From assembly GCF_001194135.2 (NCBI RefSeq), contig NC_068982.1:113777881-113841880 (forward strand): DNA of 64,000 nucleotides, written 5' to 3'. The stretch comes from Octopus bimaculoides (Eukaryota). The notes under the pieces were generated by a model, which searched no databases, had not been told where the DNA came from, and was given only the letters and a program-made list of their open reading frames with translations. Shown here one piece after another: positions 40,033 through 50,036 of the stretch (positions are counted from its first letter, which is position 1; each line of letters starts with the position of its first letter). Made by a program: the position numbers and the translations under genes.

Positions 40033-40100
40033 TCACTACCTGGAATCGAACTCGGAATCTTGGGGTTAGTAGCTCGCGCTCTTAAGCACTACGTCAAATG
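39780..40100 (-). mobile_element. Short composite element: tRNA-like Pol III head, (AAT)n, and PLE-type 3' segment with a hammerhead ribozyme
   Basis: Head TGACGTAGTGCTT (A-box-like)...CTACTAA loop...GAGTTCGATTCC (B box) at 40100-40030; (AAT)n at 40028-39972; hammerhead at 39923-39878. Confidence 0.75.
39878..39923 (-). ncRNA. Minimal type I hammerhead ribozyme (PLE-type)
   Basis: GACAC-CUGAUGA-A-GGCCG[GGGGAUAUAU]CAGCC-GAAA-CG-UU-GUGUU. Stem I has 5 bp, stem II has 4 of 5 bp, the core is intact, and stem III is the palindrome AACGUU. Confidence 0.75.
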
Positions 40101-40282
40101 TAAATAATGTAGTATAATATTATTATTAACAATGCTGACAAACAGGTTTGCGTTCATGCAGCGGGCATAATACTTTCTTCTTATCAATAATACTGTGTTA
40201 AACTGTTATTTATAATTTATAACGAGAAGTTCACAATGCCTACATTGTATAATTTCAGGATATGAACTTAATGTTATAACCA

Positions 40283-40450
40283 TTTTGATGTGGCTGTGGT
40301 TAGAAGCTTGCTTCCCAACCACATGGCTGTGGGTTGAGTCTCACAGCGTGGAACCTTGGACAGGTGGCTTTTGCTATAGCCTCGGGCTGACAAAAGCCTT
40401 GTGAGTGGATTTGATAGATGGAAACTGAGAAAAACCTGTTTTATGTATGG
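40283..40450 (+). mobile_element. SINE family A head half
   Basis: gtggctgtggttagaagcttgcttccc...gtgagtggatttgatagatggaaactg. Confidence 0.8.
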
Positions 40451-40469
40451 ATGTATAAATATTATATAC

Positions 40470-40680
40470 CCTAACTCTTCGAAACACTTAGTTTTAGAAT
40501 GGTGGCAGCTGATGAAGGAAATGTTCTCTATGTGGTCTGTGTGTTTTCTGTACTCTGTTTATGTTCTGTTTTTCATTTTGTCCAGGTTTTTTTGTGACGT
40601 CCTGTATCCAGATATCCATCTATATATAATGTAGATGTAGGTATGTACATACATGTACGTATATATGCATATACTCACAT
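40470..40680 (+). mobile_element. Copy of the 38200-38470 family
   Basis: gcagctgatgaaggaaatgttctctatgtgg...gtacgtatatatgcatatactca aligns to the reverse complement of 38226-38375. Confidence 0.65.
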
Positions 40681-40780
40681 ATTATTTGTATTATATATAT
40701 ATATATATATCTTCGGTAAATTATAAATCCGAAAGAGAAGCATACTCTAAATTATAGAGCAGTAGAGTATATAGTTAAAG

Positions 40781-40999
40781 ATAGATATGATTGCTTTATG
40801 GAATTACCCTGGGTTTCACGTCCATAAAGCGCTTAGTTCAGACCCTAAAACCCGTTGGCCTATAGCCTCTCTTCTCTAGAGATGCCACTTGCTACAGAAG
40901 CTATAGGCCAACGGATTTTAGGGTTTGAAGAAACGCTGTAAAGCTAAGCGCTTTATGGACGTGAAACCCAAGGTAACCCTATAAACCATCCATATCTAT
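40781..40999. mobile_element. Foldback MITE, almost entirely inverted repeat
   Basis: Arms of about 85-100 bp: atagatatg...ttaccctgggtttcacgtccataaagcgcttag...ccctaaaacccgttggcctatagc versus gctataggccaacggattttaggg...ctaagcgctttatggacgtgaaacccaaggtaa...catatctat. Confidence 0.8.
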
Positions 41000-41006
41000 G
41001 TCCATC

Positions 41007-41046
<40 letters not shown>

Positions 41047-41049
<3 letters not shown>

Positions 41050-41256
41050 GTCTCACCAGCGCTTGACAACCAGTCTTGGTGTGTTTACGTCCCATAACTT
41101 TACCTTCGGGAAAAGAGACCGATAGAATAAGTACCAGACTTCAAGAAAAGGGAAAATAAAGAATGTACTGGTGGTCAATTCATTCTACTAATAATTCTTC
41201 AAGGCGGTACCCCCAGTATGGCCGCAGTTTAATGACTGAAACAAGTAAAAGATAAC
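41047..41256 (+). mobile_element. SINE family A tail half
   Basis: gcttgacaacc...gagaccgatagaataagtacc...atgactgaaacaagtaaaag. Confidence 0.8.
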
Positions 41257-41409
41257 ATTTTCTTACGCTCTATAATCTCTTGAGTTTTTCCCTTTTCTCT
41301 TTATTATGTTATTCTTTTACCGAACGATTTTCAAAATCATAAAGTGTATAAAATAGAATTAAAAATTAAAAAAACAAACTGGTGTGAGAGTGGATTTGTA
41401 TAGGCGAAA

Positions 41410-41807
41410 ACATGGTTGTGTTGTTAAGAAGTTCGCTTCGTAGTCACGTGGTTTCGGGGTCCTTCTGCCTGGTACCTTGAGCACGTATCTTCTACTATAG
41501 TCCTGGATCGACCAATGCTTTGTGAGTGAATATTGTCGATGGAAACAGTGAAGGCCCGCCGTGTAAACACATGCGCGAGCACGCGTGTATACATACGTAT
41601 ACACGGGCACGCGCGTGTGTTTGTCCACCTCCAGCGCTTGACAACTGGTGTTGGTTTGTTCACATACTCATAACTTAACGTTTCGGCAAATGAACTCAGT
41701 AGAATAAAGAGTAATGCTTAAGAAATTAGTTCGATTTGTTCGACTAACCCTACAAGTCGGTGCTCCAGCATGGCTGCAATCCAGTGATTAAAACCAGTAA
41801 AAGAGTA
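41410..41807 (+). mobile_element. SINE family A, diverged but retaining CpGs
   Basis: Head, internal (GC/AC) tract and tail are all recognisable. Confidence 0.75.
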
Positions 41808-42974
41808 TTTTTACCACGAGAAATATCTTACATAATTCGAGTTCTTCAAATTCTATCCAAGACAGTTTCGAGTTTCATGCATTTCAATTTGTAGTAATAC
41901 AAAGAATCAAACTGAAAAATGTTTTCTGACTCATAAACGAATCGACATTGTAGTTTTTGTTTTCTGAAAACACCATTTACTATAATTATATATCTGCGTA
42001 TTATTCTAATGATATATCTATGTTTCATTCAAATAATATACCCGCGTATTATTCTATTAATATATTTATATATTATTCTAAAATAAACGGGGAATCAATT
42101 TAACCTAGTATTTTGTATTTCCAAATTTTGTATTTTCGTATGGTAACTAATATTTGTACGAATAATATTTTCGTTCCAGCTCTAAATATTAAATGAATAG
42201 ATGGCAAAAACTATTATTAAAGTATACAAGCAACTGAATAAGATTGAAAACATTCAAGATATGTTTCTTTTTTAGTCGGTAGAAGGAAAAATAACGGGTT
42301 TTCCGAAATAGATCGTACACTGTTCAATCACTCAACTTGTCTGACTGCCTCATATGCGCTTTTATCATTCTATAAGACACGGGAAACCTGTTTGTCTTCT
42401 GATGCGATTGGAAATCAATTTATATATCTGTTTAGAGAAATAAATTATTAATTTTTATGAGTTGTTGTTTTGCTCCAATTGATATTCATATTCGTTAATA
42501 AAATACTGAAGAAAACTATAACCCAGAAAGAAAAATGTGAGAGAATGCATCTATTTGTCATCAAGCTATTGTTAGTTTTGAATCGCAGTATTACGAAATG
42601 CAACATGTATTTATTTTGTAATCAGTTAGCAAGGTTTACACGTATATGTATTGCTAGTTGTGTGTGTGTTTAAATATATATATATATATCCTTTAAGTTC
42701 GTTTACATGAAACGTTTTTCAATATGCATATAAAAGCGCCTATTTTATTATGCCGAGCTGCAATCTAATGATACCAATTGGCATTAGCAGTTTTGTGGGG
42801 TTGTACCGAGCCGTGCCGATATCATGTAGGATAAGCATAATGATAATAATAATAATACTTGTATATATGTATGCGTGTGTGTACGTATGTATGTGTGTGT
42901 ATACTTGTATGTATATATGTATAATTGTATGTATGCATGTGTGTACATATATGTATACTTGTATGTAATTATTC

Positions 42975-44100
42975 AGTTTTATATCAAGATTTCTTACCAA
43001 TAGAGAAAGAGCCGGTTTCTAACTTAGATCCAAGGCTCCTTTATTGGAATTTCAACATCAGCAGGGTATTTTTGTATGTATGTATACATGCAGATTTGTA
43101 TGTTTTGTTTTATGTATATATTTTAATGCATATAGCTGCATGTCTAGACTTGCTTTCATATATACTTAAATGATAAACGTCTGGAAAGTTTTACAGTTCT
43201 ATTGATGGCTTGGATCTTTAGTCTTCGAATCAGCTTTCTCCTATCTGGTTTTGAGTAGCCCAATTTCTCAAGATTGGTACTTAGGCAGTGTGTTACATAT
43301 CCCAGTGTCCCAATGATTACAGATGTAAACCTCAACTTGTAATCTGGATATAGTAACTGCAGATTTCTCAAAAGTCCAGCATATGTATTTTCTTTTTCGC
43401 TGATCTTTAGCATTATGTTAACATCCCCTGGGCAGCTGATATCCACAACTGTACACAGTTTCTCTTTATCCTAAATCATTATATCAGCTATTTTGTGTTT
43501 ACATTTTATTGAGGTTTTCACTGGGACATCCCATCAGTGCTCCTTTTTATTATGAGTGGTTATGGCTTCCACCATACTGTGGGTTCTTATTTATTTGTCC
43601 TCGGGATTATCCTTTCGACGGATCTCGTTATACAGTGACCTAGCTAGAACATCATGTTTCATCCATAGATAATACAGTGATGGCATTTTCGGACAGCTGC
43701 TTATGAGGTGGCTGATATCTTCGATGTTAACTCCACTAAGTTTGCATTGGTTGTTACATTTCATTGCTTTTTCTGCATCTCTGTCCCTTTTGTGCATCAG
43801 GTATTTGTGTGATAGTTCATGTTCCTGGATTGCAAACACATACTCTTCAAAATGGGAGGCAGTAACCCGGTTGTTGGTTCATGATAGACTGCTTTGCTGA
43901 TCAATGCTACTATCACCTCAGAGCTTTCTACTAACATGTCCATGCATGGTTTTCTGCTCATATACGCTCATCCTTTCATCTACTGTTATGTTGCAGTAGA
44001 GTCGTGCGACTTCTTTGGGTATGTATTTAAGGTTATCAGACAAGGAATGCTACCAAGGAGACTTCCAAATCTTATGATGTTATCAGCCTCGGCGTAAGCT
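42975..44100 (-). mobile_element. R4/Dong-type LINE 3' part: CCHC zinc knuckle, restriction-like endonuclease and 3' UTR; pseudogenised
   Basis: FAIQE...CNNQCKL...EDISHLISSCPKM...KHDVLA...WDVPV...ADIMI...VDISCPGDVN...SEKENTY...VIIGTLG. The ORF ends at 43156. Confidence 0.85.
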
Positions 44101-44104
44101 TAAA

Positions 44105-47100
44105 TAATAAACCGAATTTTTATTTAACCAAGTTGGTCTACACAAAGAGGGGACGTTACAGAAACAGACAAGGGATTGGGGAACGAATGATTAACAACAT
44201 GAAGTTTGACATATAGTTAAAAATAAATGAAAAATACGAAAATCGAGTGGATTAAAACAGAATGGAGTGGGGGACGCAGCCAACCCCACAAACCACGTAC
44301 CAACACTGAAACTTGGGTTTTTTTTACTTTTGTTCTCACTCAAGGAGGTTCGTTCACTCTCAGCATACTCGCAACAATCTTCCATCTTTTCTCGAATGCC
44401 CCTTGCGACAAGCATCTCCTTTTCAGTTGGAAAAGGAAAAAGTCACAATCTCTTTCACTCGCGTCTTCTATACTACTTCCTTCCCGATAGCCACTACACA
44501 GAAGAAACAAACCTGCCCTTCCCTGTTCAGAAAAGACTCGGGTTGTACTCTTCTCAGATATGACAGCAGTTGCTTGACATAAACCCATAGCTCAGAAATC
44601 TTCGGATACTGCACAATTGCGTGCAGAACAGTTTCTGTTCTTGGGCATGTTGGCGTGGATGAAGGACCATGCCCGTAGAGTTTATTCCGAACAGGTAAGG
44701 CTCCTCGGTAACATTGCCATACCAGGGACTTCTGGTAATTATCCATAGGCTCTGGCCCGAATGTTCTCCGGCACAGGCCGGCAAGTTGACAGTCATCGAA
44801 GCCCAGGATTTCTCCTAGGGTACCGTTACACTTGAATTCTACCAACCCTCTATAAAACGATGAGGTGTAACTCCCGCCGCCGGCGTTTCCCACCTGGGAG
44901 AGGAGCAAGAGTACCTTACGGCACTCCGCTTGCCAAGCACCTAATTTCGGTCTACGCTTAATCCATGTGTTCAATTCACTAAAAGTGGTGAACTGCGGAA
45001 GCAACAGTCTGACGAACGGTTCCGAAAAGAAACTGTTCACTGTCCAGGTAGAGGCAAAGATACCTCAGCCTCAGCGCATGCCTGCGCCATTTTTAGCCAT
45101 GGCATCCCCAGCCCACCCTTCAGCGGTTGCTGGCAGCAAATAGAGCGCCTCACAACAGGTCCCCTGCTCCTCCATAAAAACCTGAAGAGCATGCGTTCCA
45201 ACTTGTTCAGCCACGAATCTGGGCAAGGCACGACGGTCAGGCAGTAGATAATTACAGATGCGATAAACACACCTGCAACCTCCGTCCTCACTTTCAGGGA
45301 TAGCTTCCGCTCAGACCAAGTCTGAATTAGGAGAGCCACCCTGCTCGCCACCCCGCTCTAGTTCTTCTCTATCTGGAGGTCCGGACCAAACGAAACTCAT
45401 AGCATTTTAACCGGTCCGTCCGTCCAACGTCCCACGACGTTGTTGGGCGGCATCGACTTGCTCCTCCCGGTACCAAGTTGCAAGCCGACCGACTTATCCC
45501 GGTTAATTTTTGCTCCTGCCACCGCTTCGTAATCCCTTATGACCTCACCTACCCACTGTAGGCGTTCTACCCGGGATACGATGACGGTGATGTTGTACGC
45601 ATACATCGAAACCGATTTTCCACATCCCAGATCTCGCGAGATGCCTCTCATAGCCTCCAAATTCTGCAGCAATGGTTCGAGGGCCAAAACATACAGAGAT
45701 GGGGAGAGAGGACACCCTTGACGTACTGAACGCCCAATGCAGAACGGTTCCGAAAAGAAACCGTTCACCCGAACGATCGAATCGATGTTGCTATATAAGC
45801 AGTGATCCACCCAAAGAAGGTCGGGCCAAATCCGGCCGCCGCAAGGATCGCCGCCAGTTATTGATGGTTAACCCTATCAAACACTTTAGATTGGTATAAA
45901 TGGACCATAGCCCCACCCGCGCCAGGAATTCTATTTACCCTCTCTAAGGTGTAGCGGATAAGATGGAGATTGTCATGAATCGACTTGTCAGGGATGGCGC
46001 TGGTTAGCGCCTCCCCAACAAATTTACCCATAACCTGCGCCAACCTTTTTGCTACCACCCTGGTCAAAATTTTCTTCTCTGCGTTAAGCAGAGTGATGGG
46101 CCAAAAATTATCAATTACATCCCCCCTTGTTTGGGTCCTTTCTTAGCAGTACCACAACCCACGGCTCACAGACCTAAGAATTCTCCCAATCTGCTGCTAG
46201 TTGGTGTAGACGCATGCTAGTAGGTGCCCAAACAAGTCTGGCATACTGTAATACATGTCGTAGGGGAGACCATCTAGTCCCACCGACTTGTCCCCGCTGC
46301 GGTCCGACAATGCCTCCTCCATCTCCGCATCTATGATCGGCCCTTCACAGCATTCCGCTTCCCGCCCCGAATGACGTGGCAAACCGGCGAGGAAGTCCGT
46401 GATGTCCTCCCTATGCTCTGGCCCGCCTCTCCTGAAAAGGTGAGTGAGATGCTCGTGAAAAACCTTGCACATCTCCTCGGGTTCGTTTACTGAACGCTCA
46501 TGTTGGTCCGTCAAAGACCTTATTGTTGCATTATTGTCTCTACCACGCAAGCCCATCCGGCGACGTTGATTCCCTCATTGTCCCATTGCACGTAACTTAG
46601 CCCTGACAATGCACTCTTCGAGTTTAGCTTTGAGATGTTGGTCGAGCGCCAACCTCTAAGCTAAAACTCTGGATGCAGAGCCTGACCTCATTGCTTCTTC
46701 TAGAGCCTTAACTAAAGTCCCTTCTATTCTATTTCTATTACTGACTAGCTCCTTACTAAATCTAATTGACTCAAATTTAATGACTCTTTTGAAGGTATAC
46801 CACCATTTGTTGTTAATAATGGTACCTGATAATGCCCTCATCACTAACTGCCTAATCCGGTTGCAGTCTAGCTTCCAGTAACCGGGTTCCTGTCTAAGTC
46901 AAACTAAGTCACAAATTTGTGATCACTGTAGTTGACAATATGATGTTGTAGACAAGTAGCTATGTTCTTATTAATTCTAACAATAATCCTATCTAGATAA
47001 GATCTAGACCCATTGTTATACCCTCATGTCCATAATGGAATGTCCGAGTGATCCAGTCTGCATCGTTCTGCCAGCTGCAAACGACTTAGCAGACCGTTGA

Positions 47101-47960
47101 TGCAAAGGTTTCTCCTCTTGTCCAAGTTCGAGCCAACATAATCTACGCGTGCATCGCAGATTGTTAAAATCTCCTAACAACACTAAAGTGTTTGACGTTC
47201 CTAGAAAATTCTCTCGGCTTCTGTAATAGTCAGACTGCCCAGCTCCGCAAGGAGCATAGACAGCCACCAACCTGAAGAACTTACCAATGTTGTACGTCAC
47301 ATCTAAGACGACCAACCTGCCCCCCGGGTCTACAAAGACTGTTCTTACCTCTAAATCCAGATTTTTCCTGCCTAGAACTGCAATTACCCCCTCCATGTTG
47401 GCATGGAGAAATAAATTTCTCGTAGTCATTTAGGAGTGGGGGAAAAAGCCTGCAGTCCACTCAGTCTGGTTTCAGTAGCGACTATTAAATCCAATCTATG
47501 CGACCTGAGGTCTTTAAGGAGGCAGCTTTGCTACCAGTCTGATTCCAGGCCACGTACATTTATACAACCTATATTGAGCTAGTACATAAGAAAAGCTTTA
47601 CTAACCTATTTTCTTTTCTAGTTTTTTTTTTTAATATTCTTTGAAGAGGGGTGCATGTACTTCCTCCTCCATAGTGTTATGTGGTGTGGTTTGAAGGGTG
47701 CTCCCTCAGAACTGGTTGTACAGATGAGTAGAGAAGGTCTTCTGGAGGGGACCAATGTCTTTGGGGTATTTAGTTTTCAATTTGCCCTATGTTATATTGT
47801 CTATGTAAAGAATATTTACACTTGATGGAATGTTGGGTTTGCTTGATGTGTTGTACGGTTTGGCGTTTAGGACTGTTTGAATCTTTTTCGTGAGTTCAGT
47901 GTTATTCACATTTATTGCAGTTAGATTTAATATTGTTTCGGGTGGTTGTAGGAGGGGAGA
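44105..47960 (-). mobile_element. Tx1/L1-clade LINE: near-complete ORF2 (APE endonuclease, RT, C-terminal domain), probable ORF1 tail and 3' UTR; pseudogenised
   Basis: From about 47578: LNIGCINVRG...DLIVATET, DPGGRLVVLDV, VAVYAP, VLLGDFN; then GLDGLPY, PITLLNAEKKIL, KVFDRVNH, SVRQGCPLSP, YAYN (decayed YADD), ETVLHA. The ORF ends at 44340, with AATAAA near 44120. Confidence 0.9.
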
Positions 47961-48020
47961 CTGGGGTTTCTATGTTTGTTGTTTACACACCCGTCTTCGT
48001 CTTTTTTTTTTTGTAAATTC
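47960..48020 (+). mobile_element. PLE-type terminal repeat fragment
   Basis: gtttgttgtttacacacccgtcttcgtctttt...aattctc followed by (AT)n matches the reverse complement of 32222-32280. Confidence 0.5.
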
Positions 48021-48069
<49 letters not shown>

Positions 48070-48466
48070 GTCAACGAAATATATATATATGTGAATGATA
48101 ATCACGCATACACGCTATACATACGTAGGAGTATATTTGGATCCATACACACATATGCATAAACTCACATCCAAAAAACGTGCCTATACCGCTATATATA
48201 TAAAAATACGTATATAAGCGGACATATTTCTATTTAGATTTCCCCCTCATATATACATCTCTGTTTAAAGTATCAGTTCACTTGTCAAGCTCTCGTTAAT
48301 ATTCATTAATCTGATTTCATAGAACTTTTAGTATGAGCGTTGAGCCACTTGAGAATATTCATATACCTTGTTTAAGATTATATTCTTAAAATATTTTCAT
48401 AGTTTAGATCTAACTATAGAAAGATAGGTTTACTTAAGCATAAATGCAATTTGGTTTTCCTTTTAG

Positions 48467-48529
48467 AATCAAAAGACAAGACTTCTGCTCACTTCCTTGT
48501 GATAATTCTGCACCACTTCTTTCCTCCAG
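48467..48529 (+). CDS. Possible 63-nt symmetric exon of unknown gene
   Basis: ggttttccttttAG acceptor and cag|GTAACA donor. Two frames are open (SKDKTSAHFLVIILHHFFPP or IKRQDFCSLPCDNSAPLLSS). Confidence 0.2.
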
Positions 48530-48711
48530 GTAACAGATATATAATTCTCAAACTGAATAATATAGTCTGTAGTTCTGAGCATTAATCACCAAGGAGTGAA
48601 ACTGGATCAACTCTATAAACTAATTACCAATGGTATAATATTACGTACTCCTTGATGCATTGTACTCTTTCTTCTGTATTAGAAAGCCTTGTTCTTACTA
48701 ACAAATTCATG

Positions 48712-48748
<37 letters not shown>

Positions 48749-48896
48749 TTTGTATATGTATGTTTGTTTATGTACATATATTTATGTGTATGTGTAGATA
48801 TATCTATATATATATATGCATATCTGTATGTTTATATATATNNNNNNNNNNNNNNNNNNNNNNNNNNNNNNNNNNNNNNNNNNNNNNNNNNNNNNN

Positions 48897-49290
48897 TTTT
48901 TACTCTCTTTTACTTGTTTCAGTCATTTGACTTCGGCCATGCTGGAGTGCCACTTTTTAGTCAAGCAAATCGACCCCAGGACTTATTTTTTGTAAGCCTA
49001 GTACTTATTCTATCGGTCACTTTTGCCGAACAGCTACATAACGGGGACGTAAACACACCACCATCGGTTGTCAAACGATGTTGCGGGGGACAAACACAAA
49101 CACACACACACACACATATATATGTATACATATATACGACGGGCTTCTTTCAGTTTCCGTCTACCAAATCCACTCACAAGGCTTTGGTCGGCTTGAGGCT
49201 ATAGTAGAAGACACTTGCCCAAGATGCCACACAGTGGGACTGAACCCGGAACCATGTGGTTGGTAAGCAAGCTACTTACCACACAGCCAT
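48897..49290 (-). mobile_element. SINE family A, young copy
   Basis: Matches the family consensus end to end. Confidence 0.9.
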
Positions 49291-50036
49291 GACGTCTTAC
49301 CAAATTCGTCCGATTTGTTCTGCAGCGTTAAGTTGTAGTTACCTATGCCGAGGAGAGGGACGCGACTACTGGAGGCATGGCCAGGTTTTGAAGATCAATG
49401 CAGACACCATCCGAAGTGGGATTAGCTATTACATGTTCCTCCGCTAACCAAAGAAGTTCATCGCTCTTGTCGGAGCTGACGAGAAGATAATGCCTGCTAC
49501 CAAGTCTTTAAAAAACTGTGAGTTGAAAATTGACCTGAAGAAGCATCTGATGTTTCCAGAAACTGTCGCCTCATCATTTCAAAGGTTGGATGTAGTGATG
49601 ATCTTAGAAGCATTCAGGCAGGCGGTTCTGTGACAACTCTCCGTTCACTGGAAGGACTGCATCGCGGAGGCTAACGAGAGCCAGGAGAGGAATTATGCTG
49701 AGCTAGTAGAGTTATGCCAAAGCAATGGCGAGCAAACAAGGTGTGATCCCATCGAAATAGGATGCAGAGTATTTGCAGGCCAGTCCCTCTACAGGATGCA
49801 CAAGATATCAGGGGCCGCTAGGCAGAAGTCCGGCATGTGGAGGCTATAGATCAGGTAGCTATAAACCAGGAGATGCACTGGAAGAAGCACTGCTACTAAG
49901 TGTACAGAGGCCGAGGCTTGATCAAGCCTGGCTAGGTCACCTGGTTAGTGTGTCTAATGTTGAAAGAACCGAAACGCCTAATTACCCCTGGAAACATCAC
50001 TGATTGTGTGTTCAGTTGCATCACAGGATGATGTAA
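49291..50036 (+). mobile_element. HERO/NeSL-related RLE LINE, 3' end
   Basis: GEGRDYWRHGQVLK...ELKIDLKKHLMFPE...RLDVVM...LSVHWKD...NYAELVELCQSNG...CDPIEIGCRVFAGQSL is the RH motif plus restriction-like endonuclease as I recall it for HERO elements, followed by a structured 3' UTR. Confidence 0.8.

Noticed and set aside
40030-40100. tRNA gene calls for SINE heads (also 58200-58270)
   Set aside because: There is no complete cloverleaf or acceptor stem; these are tRNA-derived retroposon heads.
43000-43075. ctgatgttgaaa...gaaacc in the R4 3' UTR, echoing the HERO hammerhead-like motif
   Set aside because: No CUGANGA core or properly placed UH cleavage site could be assembled.
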